From NCBI RefSeq assembly GCF_036396855.1, contig NZ_DASWKA010000043.1, positions 2,762 through 66,761 on the forward strand: a stretch of 64,000 bases of DNA, written 5' to 3'. Below the pieces are notes generated by a model that searched no databases, was not told where the DNA came from, and saw only the letters and a program-made list of their open reading frames with translations. The DNA comes from Candidatus Deferrimicrobium sp. Lineage in GTDB: Bacteria; Desulfobacterota; Deferrimicrobia; Deferrimicrobiales; Deferrimicrobiaceae. Of the stretch, positions 45,354-53,580 are shown piece after piece (position 1 is the stretch's first letter; the number at the start of each line of letters is the position of its first letter). Position numbers and translations under genes: made by a program.

Positions 45354-46082
45354 CTACAGGTAAACGCCGCCGTTCACCGATAAGACCTGCCCGGTGATAT
45401 AGGAGGCCCTGTCCGATGCGAGAAACCCGACCAGCTCGGCAACTTCTTCCGGTTTTCCCATCCGCCCCAACGGAATCAACGGCAGGATCCGGTCAAGGGG
45501 AAGACCGGAGGTCATGTCCGTTTCGATGAATCCGGGGGAAACGGCGTTGACCAGGACGTTCCTTTTGGCGACCTCCAGAGCGAGCGACTTCGTTGCGCCG
45601 ATCAGCCCGGCCTTGGCCGCCGAGTAGTTCGTCTGGCCTGCCATGCCGCTTTGTCCCGAAGTGGAGACGATGTTGATGATCCGTCCGGATCTTCTCTTCA
45701 GCATTTCGAACAGAACCATCTTCGTGACGAAGAAAAAACCGTCCAGGTGGACGGAAAGGGTCGACTTCCATTCCGGCTCTTCCATCCAGACCATTAGACC
45801 GTCCTTGCTGAAGCCGGCGTTGTTGACGAGGACCTGGGGACAATCCGTTTCGAGCAGCGGGGCGAGGGCGTCTTTGACCGAGACGGAATCGGCCACATCG
45901 AAGGGGAGGAGTTTGCAGGACCTCCCCGACTCGTCGACCTGTCTCGCGACTTCCCTTGCCGCTTCGTGGTCCGATCGATAGTTGAGCCAGATGTCGAATC
46001 CATCCCGCGCCAGGGCACGGGCGATGGCGGCCCCGATCCCCTTGCTGCCGCCGGTGATCAAGGCGATATCAATTTTGGCCAT
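45354..46082 (-). CDS. fabG: 3-oxoacyl-ACP reductase (SDR)
   Basis: TGGSKGIGAAIA, NNAG and the YSAAK catalytic motif, then PGFIETDM. This is the first gene of the long minus-strand string. Confidence 0.92.
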   Translation of the reverse strand: MAKIDIALITGGSKGIGAAIARALARDGFDIWLNYRSDHEAAREVARQVDESGRSCKLLPFDVADSVSVKDALAPLLETDCPQVLVNNAGFSKDGLMVWMEEPEWKSTLSVHLDGFFFVTKMVLFEMLKRRSGRIINIVSTSGQSGMAGQTNYSAAKAGLIGATKSLALEVAKRNVLVNAVSPGFIETDMTSGLPLDRILPLIPLGRMGKPEEVAELVGFLASDRASYITGQVLSVNGGVYL

Positions 46083-46138
46083 AACGAAAATATTTAATCT
46101 CCATTTGGCATCCTCCCGTCAAGAGAAAAGGTTTCGGA
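46083..46138. promoter_or_regulatory. divergent promoter region between fabG(-) and the radical SAM gene(+)
   Basis: 56-bp gap containing the only AT-rich run nearby (AAAATATTTAATCTCCATTT). Boxes were not confidently assignable. Confidence 0.3.
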
Positions 46139-47659
46139 GTGCGATACGGGGAAAGCCGTGTATTCTTGGAGGTGATGAAATCCGCCGGAACGGAAGGGTG
46201 GTGGGGTGTGAATGTACTGCTCCTGAGGCCGAATCCGGGAAACGAGCGGTTCGGTCTCGGCCCTTTCTTTCGGGTCGAACCGCTGGGCCTCGAGTATATC
46301 GGGGCGGCGTTGCGCGTCCACGGCCACGCTCCGACGGTGGCGGACCTCCGTTTTCGCCCCGGCGCGTCCTCCTGGGTGCGGCGGACGCGGCCGCGGGTCG
46401 TCGGCATCTCCTGCACGCACGCCCTGGAGTACGACAAGGTGCGGGAGACCGCGCGCGAGGTCCGGAGGGCTTCGCCGGGGGTTTTCGTGGTCGTCGGCGG
46501 ACACGCGGCGGCGTGCCATCCGTCCCCGCTCGAGGTCGATGAGATCGACGCGATCTGTATCGACGACGGGGAGGAGATCGTTCCGGCGCTGGTCGATGCC
46601 GTCGGGAAGGGGACCCCCCTGGAAACAGTGCCCGCACTTCGCCTTCGGACACGGAACGGGTGGGTGTCCACTCCGCCCTCTCCGGCGCCGACGTCCCTGG
46701 ACGCCGTCCCCTTGCCGGCGCGCGACCTGGTGAGCCGTCACCGCAACGGATACCATTGCCTCCTCTTCAAGCCGGTGGACCTCGTGGAGACGGCCCGCGG
46801 ATGCCCGCACCGTTGCAGTTTCTGTTCCGTGTGGCAACTGTACGGGAGAACCTTCCGGGAACGGTCCATCGGGGCCGTCGTCGAGGATTTCGCCACGGCG
46901 GGGGATTCCATCTTCGTCGCCGACGATCTCTTCTGGAACCACGCGGAGCGAAGCCTCGAACTCGCGTGTGCCCTCCGGAAGCGCGGAGTGAAAAAACGGT
47001 GGATCCTCGTGCAGACCCGCACCGACATGATCTGTCGACAGCAAGAGCTTCTGGAGGCGTGGAGGCCCCTCGCGAGGGACTTCGACATCTTCCTCGGACT
47101 GGAGTCCGCTAGCGATGCGGGCCTGTCCATGGTGGACAAGGACGTTCCGGTTTCGGAGAGCGTCGATGCGGTGCGGATCGCGCGGTCCCTGCGATTCGGC
47201 GTGAACGGCAACTTCCTGGTCGATCCCGACTGGGGAGAGGAGGATTTCCGCCGGCTCTGGGAGTTCGTCGCCTGCCATGGATTGCAGCGGGCGGGGTATA
47301 CCATCCTCACTCCATTGCCGGGAACCGATTATTTCCGGAAGCTCGCGCCCCGGCTCGCGGGGCAGCCCTGGTCCAGCTACGACATGCACCACGTCCTCTG
47401 GGAGCCCCGCCTCGGTGCGAGAAGATTTTTCGAACTCTACGCGGAGACCTGGCGCAAGTCGATCCTCAACACGTCGGGCGAGAAACGGTGGGTCGACTGG
47501 ATGCGGCAGATCCGGCCGGCAGAGATACCGTACCTCGCGCGCGTTTTATGGCGCACCCAGAGGATGATGAACGCCGGGGCCTACCTCCGTGAGCACGGCA
47601 AGACGAGTCGTGCCCCGATGCCCGTCCGATCCCCCTCGGGCGTCGGTGCGCCGCGCTGA
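46139..47659 (+). CDS. B12-binding domain radical SAM protein (methylase-like)
   Basis: VNVLLLRPNP..EPLGLEYIGAAL (B12 domain) and the ARGCPHRCSFC triad. The exact start is uncertain (46139, or ATG 46175). Confidence 0.88.
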   Translation: MRYGESRVFLEVMKSAGTEGWWGVNVLLLRPNPGNERFGLGPFFRVEPLGLEYIGAALRVHGHAPTVADLRFRPGASSWVRRTRPRVVGISCTHALEYDKVRETAREVRRASPGVFVVVGGHAAACHPSPLEVDEIDAICIDDGEEIVPALVDAVGKGTPLETVPALRLRTRNGWVSTPPSPAPTSLDAVPLPARDLVSRHRNGYHCLLFKPVDLVETARGCPHRCSFCSVWQLYGRTFRERSIGAVVEDFATAGDSIFVADDLFWNHAERSLELACALRKRGVKKRWILVQTRTDMICRQQELLEAWRPLARDFDIFLGLESASDAGLSMVDKDVPVSESVDAVRIARSLRFGVNGNFLVDPDWGEEDFRRLWEFVACHGLQRAGYTILTPLPGTDYFRKLAPRLAGQPWSSYDMHHVLWEPRLGARRFFELYAETWRKSILNTSGEKRWVDWMRQIRPAEIPYLARVLWRTQRMMNAGAYLREHGKTSRAPMPVRSPSGVGAPR

Positions 47660-47817
47660 CCCGAGGGGTTCCTCGACGGCGGTGATGGCCGGAATGGGTG
47701 GAAGAACGGAGCCGGACGTTCTCCTCCCCCCCAGGCCGCACGGATCGTGCGCTCGCGGTGTGACGGGTGGTTTCCGGGAAGAATTATCCGTTGCCTGGAG
47801 CGGCTTCGCGCCTTAAT

Positions 47818-48177
47818 ATGACGGGATTCCCGGCAGGTGCCACCCCGCCGTGTTCATCAAAGGGGAAGGAAGGAGGAAACGCTCTGGAAACGGAGGAAGC
47901 GAAAAAGAAGATCCGGGAAATCCTGTCCGTTCGTCTGAATCTCTCAACGGCGGTCGAGAAGATCGACGATGATGCGCCGCTGTTCGGGCCCGGCAGCATC
48001 GGACTCGACTCGATCGATGCGCTGGAACTGGTGCTCGGCATCCAGAAGGAGTTCGGCGTCGCAATCGAGGATCGAGCGCTGGCGGTGAGGGTGCTGGCAT
48101 CCATCGGGACCATCGCGGAATACCTGAAGTCCTTATCGGCAGGGAGCCCCGAAGCGGCGGGCGGAAGCAACTCATAG
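47818..48177 (+). CDS. acyl carrier protein (ACP 4)
   Basis: IGLDSIDALELVLGI. ATG 47818 is the first canonical start. A perfect AGGAGG (47871..47876) sits 7 nt before an in-frame CTG (47884), which would give a normal-length ACP. Confidence 0.8.
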   Translation: MTGFPAGATPPCSSKGKEGGNALETEEAKKKIREILSVRLNLSTAVEKIDDDAPLFGPGSIGLDSIDALELVLGIQKEFGVAIEDRALAVRVLASIGTIAEYLKSLSAGSPEAAGGSNS

Positions 48178-48202
48178 CTCCCTGTGATGCGGGTTCACTA
48201 AG

Positions 48203-49054
48203 GTGCCGAAGACGTGCTTCAACCCATGCCTGCTTTGCGGTCGTGATGCGCCTCAACCCGTCGCGGTCCGGAAGGGATTCCCCATCGTCCGTTGTGGTGG
48301 ATGCGGTCTCGTCTACATGCATCCGAGGCCGCCGAAGGAGGATCTCCCCGGGCTCTACGGGGAGTATCATGCTCGTGACGGCGGGAACGAGACTGGCTGG
48401 AATCGCCTCATGGGGAAAATTTTTCGGGAAGCGGCCGACCACCTTGATGCATTGAGAAAAGGGTCCGGTCCATCCCGCCTCCTGGATGTCGGGTGCGGGT
48501 ACGGTGGATTCGTCTCGCTGATGCGGGATCGGGGGTGGGACGCGGAAGGGGTCGACCCGTCCCCGGTGACGGTTCACGCCGCCTCGGCGAAAGGCATTCC
48601 CGTCCGTCGGGGAACCCTCGAGGAATTTTCCCGTTCGGGCGGGGCATACCGCGCGATCACCATGTTTTACGTGTTGGAACACCTCTTCGATCCGATGTCC
48701 GCGTTAAGAAAGGTGTTCGCGCTCCTCGAACCGGGCGGGGTGCTCCTGGTGCGGGTTCCCGACACCACGCCGATCGTCCGCCTGCTTTCCCCGTTCGGAT
48801 TGGGAGGCCGGTTATACGACCCCCCCTTTCACCTCTTCGACTTTCCGCCCCGCGTGCTCACGCGGATGCTCGCCGAGGCGGGCTTCGGGAACATTCGGAC
48901 GTTCCCGGGCCGCAACACGATCCCCCCCCGCATCGTGCCGCGGCTTGCCACCAAGCTGTTCGGCGCGCTCGCCCGAGGCCTGTTCGCGGGGACCGGCGGG
49001 AGGATCCTCCTCCCCGGGGTCAGCAAAACCACCATCGCGCGAAAGCCCTCCTGA
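48203..49054 (+). CDS. class I SAM-dependent methyltransferase with an N-terminal Cys4 zinc ribbon
   Basis: GTG start. CLLCG..CGGCGLVYMHP, motif I LLDVGCGYGGF, and LEPGGVLLVRVPD. Confidence 0.82.
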   Translation: MPKTCFNPCLLCGRDAPQPVAVRKGFPIVRCGGCGLVYMHPRPPKEDLPGLYGEYHARDGGNETGWNRLMGKIFREAADHLDALRKGSGPSRLLDVGCGYGGFVSLMRDRGWDAEGVDPSPVTVHAASAKGIPVRRGTLEEFSRSGGAYRAITMFYVLEHLFDPMSALRKVFALLEPGGVLLVRVPDTTPIVRLLSPFGLGGRLYDPPFHLFDFPPRVLTRMLAEAGFGNIRTFPGRNTIPPRIVPRLATKLFGALARGLFAGTGGRILLPGVSKTTIARKPS

Positions 49055-51592
49055 GTGACGACCCGGTTCCTTCTGCGCCTGGCTCGCATGATCGACGCCC
49101 GACCGGGGAAGATCGCCGTCGCCGTTCTGCTCGCCGCCGCCGTTTCCGGTGCGGTGGTGCTGCGTATCCCGATCCGGACGAACCTGCTGGACGTTCTTCC
49201 GGAAGGGAACCCGACGATTCAGGCATTCCGGGGGTTCCTCGAGGATTTCGGCATGATGGACAGCCTGGTCCTGGTGGTCACGTCGCGCGAGGGGTCGCCG
49301 GACCGGCTGATCGAGGCGGTGGAGACGATCGGTGAGGAACTGGCCGCTTCACCGAGGATCGCTTCGGTCGACTACAATCTCCTCCGATCCGGGGGACGGT
49401 ATGTCGGGGAACATTTCCCCGCCTACCTCGATTCGGGAGGGGTGGGCCTCCTTTCGGATCGTCTCTCCCCGGAAGGGATCCGGCGGCAGATCCGGAGGAA
49501 CCGGGAAGTCCTGCTCTCCCCGTTTGCTTCCCCGCTCGACGCGGAGTGGATTTCCGGAGATCCGCTGAACCTCAGGGAGATCGTCCGGGAGAGCCTGCTC
49601 CGCAGGACGGTCACCAAGGGGATCGACCTTTCCACGGGGTATTACATGGATGCGGACCGGACCGTCGCCCTCCTGATGGTGCGTCCGAGGGGATCCTCGA
49701 GAGACACGGCGTTCGTCGCCGGGTTGTACCGGGAGGTCGCCGGAATCGCGGCGAGGGCCTCCGGGGGTTCCGGGGCCGATGCCGGGATCGCGGTCGGTCT
49801 CGCGGGGGAGTATGCGAGCGTCGCGGAGGCGACCGGCGTGATCTGGCGGGACATGGTCTTCTCCTTTTTCTCCTCCTTCGTCCTGGTCCTGGTGCTCGTC
49901 TTCGCGGCGTATCGTCCTCCCGCGGCCGTCCTTTGCGCACTCGTCCTGACGCTGCTCGCCGCCCTCTCCTGGACGCTCCTGTTCGCCTACCTGCTGTACG
50001 GGGGGCTGAACATCGTGACCAGCATCGTCGCCGCGATGCTGATCGGCCTGTACGTCGATTACATAATCATCGTCTACCATCGCTTCAACGGGGAAATCCG
50101 GAGGGGAAGGTCCCCCCTTCAGGCGCTGGAGACCACCTACTCCGAAACGGGGAAGGCGCTCCTCATCAGTTCCGCGACGAGTTCCATCGCATTCTTCTCC
50201 GTGGTCGTGACCAGTTTCCGGGGGCTCCACGAACTGGGGGTCGTGGCCGGGTTCGGGATCCTGTTCTGCCTCCTGTCCACGGTATTCGTGATGGGATCCC
50301 TCCTCTCCTGGTTCGCGAAGGTTTCCCCGGCGCGGATCGCGGCGGGGAGACCCGGCGGCGTCCCGACGGGGTGGGCGGAACGGCTGGTCGAAGGGAGGAG
50401 CGGAACCGTCGTGGCGGTTTTTTCGATCTTCCTTTTCCTGGCGATCCTCGGATCGGCGCGAACCCGGTTCGACGCGGGGGTCGATGCGATCGGCCCCGTC
50501 GACAGCAAGGTGGAGCAGGTCCAGCGCGTGATCGAGGAGAAATTCGGGAGGAAAGGGGAGCCGCTCTTTCTCGTGGCGCGTGCGGACGGCGACCGGCGGC
50601 TCGCCGCGGATTTCGACGCCCTCGATCTCCAGGGGGAGCGATGGAGGCGGGCGGGGATGGTGGAAGGGTTCTCTTCCGCGGCGATGCTGGTGCCCCCCCC
50701 CCGTTTCCAGAAGGAGTCGCGGAGGCTCTTGTCCGATGCCGGCCTGCCGGGGCGGTACGACGATGCGGGCCTCGAGAGGGCGATCCGCCGGGAGATGGAG
50801 GCCCAGGGGATGGTTCCGGGGGACGGCCTTGCGGCGTATGCCGCGGGGATCGTCCGCGCCCTCGCCGGGGAGGAGGCCGTCGACCTGCCCGGGTTTGCCC
50901 GCTCCGGTGACCCCCGGACGACGTATTTCTTCAACGGGTCCCGCCATGCGATCGCCGCCCACCTGGCGCCGCCCGGCGGGCGGTGGGGCCAAGGGGCGCT
51001 CGCCGCCATGAAGGAAGACGTGCGGGCCCTGGGTCCGGACTTCGCTCTGACGGGTCCGCCCCTCATCCTCGAGGAGATCCGCTCCTCGGTCGTGTGGGAA
51101 AGCACCCTCGCCACGCTCATCGCCTTCGCGGCGAACTGGATCATCGTATGGTTTCACTTCCGCCGCCTGCGCGATACGGCGCTCGTGATGCTGCCGGTGA
51201 CGGCGGGATCGCTCCTCACCGTGGGCGCCATGGGGGCGATCGGGATACCCTTCAACTTTTTCAACGTGGTGGGGATCGCCCTCCTCTTCGGGTTCGGGGT
51301 CGACTACGGGATCTACTACATGCAGTCCCACAGGGAGAGGTCCGAGGGGGGAGCCGTGGAGGCGCTTCACCGGACCGGGGGCGGCATCCTCCTCTGCTCG
51401 GTCACGACCCTGGCCTCCTGCGGAAGCATCATCCTTTCCCATTACAGGGGGCTGGCGTCCATCGGCGTCGTGCTCTGCCTCGGAGCGGTCTCCTGCATTC
51501 TTTCGACGGTCCTGCTGCTCCCTTCCCTGATCGACAGGATCGAACGCCCGCGACCGTGGAAGGCTCCGCGGGTCTTCAAGGAAACATCATGA
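49055..51592 (+). CDS. MMPL/RND-superfamily lipid exporter
   Basis: 845 aa with two 6-TM bundles (..LVLVLVFAAYR.., ..LLFGFGVDYGIYY..), each preceded by a large periplasmic domain. Starts immediately after the previous stop. Confidence 0.88.
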   Translation: MTTRFLLRLARMIDARPGKIAVAVLLAAAVSGAVVLRIPIRTNLLDVLPEGNPTIQAFRGFLEDFGMMDSLVLVVTSREGSPDRLIEAVETIGEELAASPRIASVDYNLLRSGGRYVGEHFPAYLDSGGVGLLSDRLSPEGIRRQIRRNREVLLSPFASPLDAEWISGDPLNLREIVRESLLRRTVTKGIDLSTGYYMDADRTVALLMVRPRGSSRDTAFVAGLYREVAGIAARASGGSGADAGIAVGLAGEYASVAEATGVIWRDMVFSFFSSFVLVLVLVFAAYRPPAAVLCALVLTLLAALSWTLLFAYLLYGGLNIVTSIVAAMLIGLYVDYIIIVYHRFNGEIRRGRSPLQALETTYSETGKALLISSATSSIAFFSVVVTSFRGLHELGVVAGFGILFCLLSTVFVMGSLLSWFAKVSPARIAAGRPGGVPTGWAERLVEGRSGTVVAVFSIFLFLAILGSARTRFDAGVDAIGPVDSKVEQVQRVIEEKFGRKGEPLFLVARADGDRRLAADFDALDLQGERWRRAGMVEGFSSAAMLVPPPRFQKESRRLLSDAGLPGRYDDAGLERAIRREMEAQGMVPGDGLAAYAAGIVRALAGEEAVDLPGFARSGDPRTTYFFNGSRHAIAAHLAPPGGRWGQGALAAMKEDVRALGPDFALTGPPLILEEIRSSVVWESTLATLIAFAANWIIVWFHFRRLRDTALVMLPVTAGSLLTVGAMGAIGIPFNFFNVVGIALLFGFGVDYGIYYMQSHRERSEGGAVEALHRTGGGILLCSVTTLASCGSIILSHYRGLASIGVVLCLGAVSCILSTVLLLPSLIDRIERPRPWKAPRVFKETS

Positions 51593-52632
51593 AGGGGATC
51601 GGTCCGGCATGCGCGATCATCCCCGCCTATAACGCGGAGGAGACGGTCGGGCCCGTTGTGAAAGGGGCGCTCGCTCTCCTGCCGATGGTCATCGTGGCGG
51701 ACGACGGTTCCACCGATGCGACCGCGCGGGTCGCGGAGGGCGCGGGCGCCCTGGTGATCCGGGTACCGGTAAACCGCGGGAAGGGACATTGTCTGCGCCT
51801 GCTGTTCGCGGAGGCCAGGAAGAGAGGATTCGACGCCGTCGTCGCGCTGGATTCGGACGGGCAGCACGATCCGGTGGACATCCCGCGGTTTCTCGATGCC
51901 CATCGGAAAGACCCCGGGGCCGTCATCGTCGGATCGAGGATGGCCGATGAAGAAGGGATCCCCGTTCACCGGAAAAATTCGATGCTGGTCGCCAGATTCT
52001 ACGTCTGTCTCGCGGCCAACCGCTACATCGACGATACCCAATGCGGGTATCGGCTTTACCCGCTGTCCGTTGTGGAGTCGATCGCGCTTCTCAAGGAACG
52101 CTACGTGATGGAAACCGAACTTCTCCTGAAGGCCGGGGACTCGGGAATTCCGATCCGCTCGTTGCCGATCCCCGCCGTCTATCTTCCGGCGCAGAAGACG
52201 TACTTCCGTTCCGTGCCGGATGTGGCGGCGATTTCCGTCTACGTCATCTCCTACATCATGGTCAAGTGGGCGTTGGAGCTGTTGCGCCCGGGGGAGGTCA
52301 ACACCTACAAGGGGCCCGGCTCCGGGCGGGACCGGTTTTTCCTTTCCCCCGCCATGGACAGGGCGTTCGAGAGCCTGATGGTCCTGACCTGCATGCCGTT
52401 GAGCGCCTTGTACGGCGTCCTGTATTTCCTCCTGCGATCCCTGTTCGGCATCCGGGTGTTCGAGGGGTTGAAGGGATGCGGAGTCCCTGTCGGAAGGGTG
52501 TTTCTCTCCACGATGCTCCTTCCGCTGTTGCTGGTCGTATCCATCGTCGACCTCGTCGGGAACCGTGTCGGGCTTCGCCCTGGCCTTACCTCCCGGTTCG
52601 TGGCGAAATGGTACCCGAATCTCTGGAAATGA
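51589..52632 (+). CDS. family-2 glycosyltransferase with a C-terminal membrane region
   Basis: ATG 51589 (ATGA overlap). IIPAYNAEE, VADDGSTD, LDSDGQHDP and QCGYRLYP. Hydrophobic C-terminal helices. Confidence 0.88.
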   Translation: MKGIGPACAIIPAYNAEETVGPVVKGALALLPMVIVADDGSTDATARVAEGAGALVIRVPVNRGKGHCLRLLFAEARKRGFDAVVALDSDGQHDPVDIPRFLDAHRKDPGAVIVGSRMADEEGIPVHRKNSMLVARFYVCLAANRYIDDTQCGYRLYPLSVVESIALLKERYVMETELLLKAGDSGIPIRSLPIPAVYLPAQKTYFRSVPDVAAISVYVISYIMVKWALELLRPGEVNTYKGPGSGRDRFFLSPAMDRAFESLMVLTCMPLSALYGVLYFLLRSLFGIRVFEGLKGCGVPVGRVFLSTMLLPLLLVVSIVDLVGNRVGLRPGLTSRFVAKWYPNLWK

Positions 52633-52745
52633 CCGGGAGCGGGTCGACGGCGCGCATCGAATCCTGATTCGAAAACTCCTTGGATATCAATGGGCTCTGG
52701 TATTCAGGCTTGTTCCCTCCCTCCCGGGTGGGCTAAGATCATTCG

Positions 52746-53573
52746 ATGCATACCATCCTGCTCAAGGTCACGGCCCTCTTTTACCTGGTCGGCGCCCTGG
52801 CGTACCTCCACTTCATCTTCTCCCTGAACGAGCGGAGCGCGAAGCTCGGGCGGATGCTGCTGCTGCTCGGAGTAATCCTCCACGGGGCGGGATTCGTCGC
52901 GCGCTACTTCGTCGCCGGGTACACCCCGATCACGAGCCTCTTCGAGTCGCTCTCCTTCTCCGCCTTCGCGATCGTGTGCGTCTTTCTCGCCTTCGAACTG
53001 ACGTACCACCTCCGGGTGCTCGGCGCGTTCGTGGCGCCGTTGGCCTTCGTGTTCAGCGTATCCGCGGCCTTTCTGCCCGGCGAGGTCCGGGTGCTGGCTC
53101 CCGCGCTCAACTCCTACTGGCTCCCCGTCCACGTGATCCTCCTATTCTTCGGCAACGCCGTCTTCGCCGTGGCGTTCGGCGCCGGGATCATGTACCTGCT
53201 GATGGAGAGGGAGCTGAAGACCAAGAAAATGGGGGCGATCTTCAAGCGCCTCCCGTCCCTGAACGTCCTCGACGACATCAACTACCGGTGCCTGACGATC
53301 GGTTTCCCGCTGCTCACCCTGGGAATCATCACGGGATCGATCTGGGCGGAGTACGCCTGGGGCTCCTACTGGAGCTGGGACCCGAAAGAGGTCTGGTCCC
53401 TCATCACGTGGATGCTCTACGCCGCTCTGCTCCACTTCCGGATGACCGTCGGCTGGCGCGGCCGGAAGGCGGCGATCTTCGCCATCGTCGGGTTCTGCGC
53501 GATCCTGTTCACCTTCCTCGGCGTGAACCTTCTCCTGCCTGGGCTGCACACCTATACGAACCTTTCCGGCTGA
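52746..53573 (+). CDS. CcsA/ResC-family cytochrome c assembly-type membrane protein (HemX-like position upstream of hemA)
   Basis: Trp-rich haem-handling motif WAEYAWGSYWSWDPKEVWSLITW. Eight predicted TM helices. Confidence 0.85.
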   Translation: MHTILLKVTALFYLVGALAYLHFIFSLNERSAKLGRMLLLLGVILHGAGFVARYFVAGYTPITSLFESLSFSAFAIVCVFLAFELTYHLRVLGAFVAPLAFVFSVSAAFLPGEVRVLAPALNSYWLPVHVILLFFGNAVFAVAFGAGIMYLLMERELKTKKMGAIFKRLPSLNVLDDINYRCLTIGFPLLTLGIITGSIWAEYAWGSYWSWDPKEVWSLITWMLYAALLHFRMTVGWRGRKAAIFAIVGFCAILFTFLGVNLLLPGLHTYTNLSG

Positions 53574-53580
53574 TGGGCGC

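Noticed and set aside
52657-52670. The palindrome TCGAATCCTGATTCGA after the GT2 gene as a terminator.
   Set aside because: The stem leaves only a 2-nt loop and is followed by AAAA, not a T-tract, on the coding strand. It does not fit a rho-independent terminator.
52633-52745. TTGGAT-N15-TATTCA as the promoter of the hem operon.
   Set aside because: The spacer is shorter than the usual 16-18 nt and both hexamers are weak. It is not reportable without 5'-end data.
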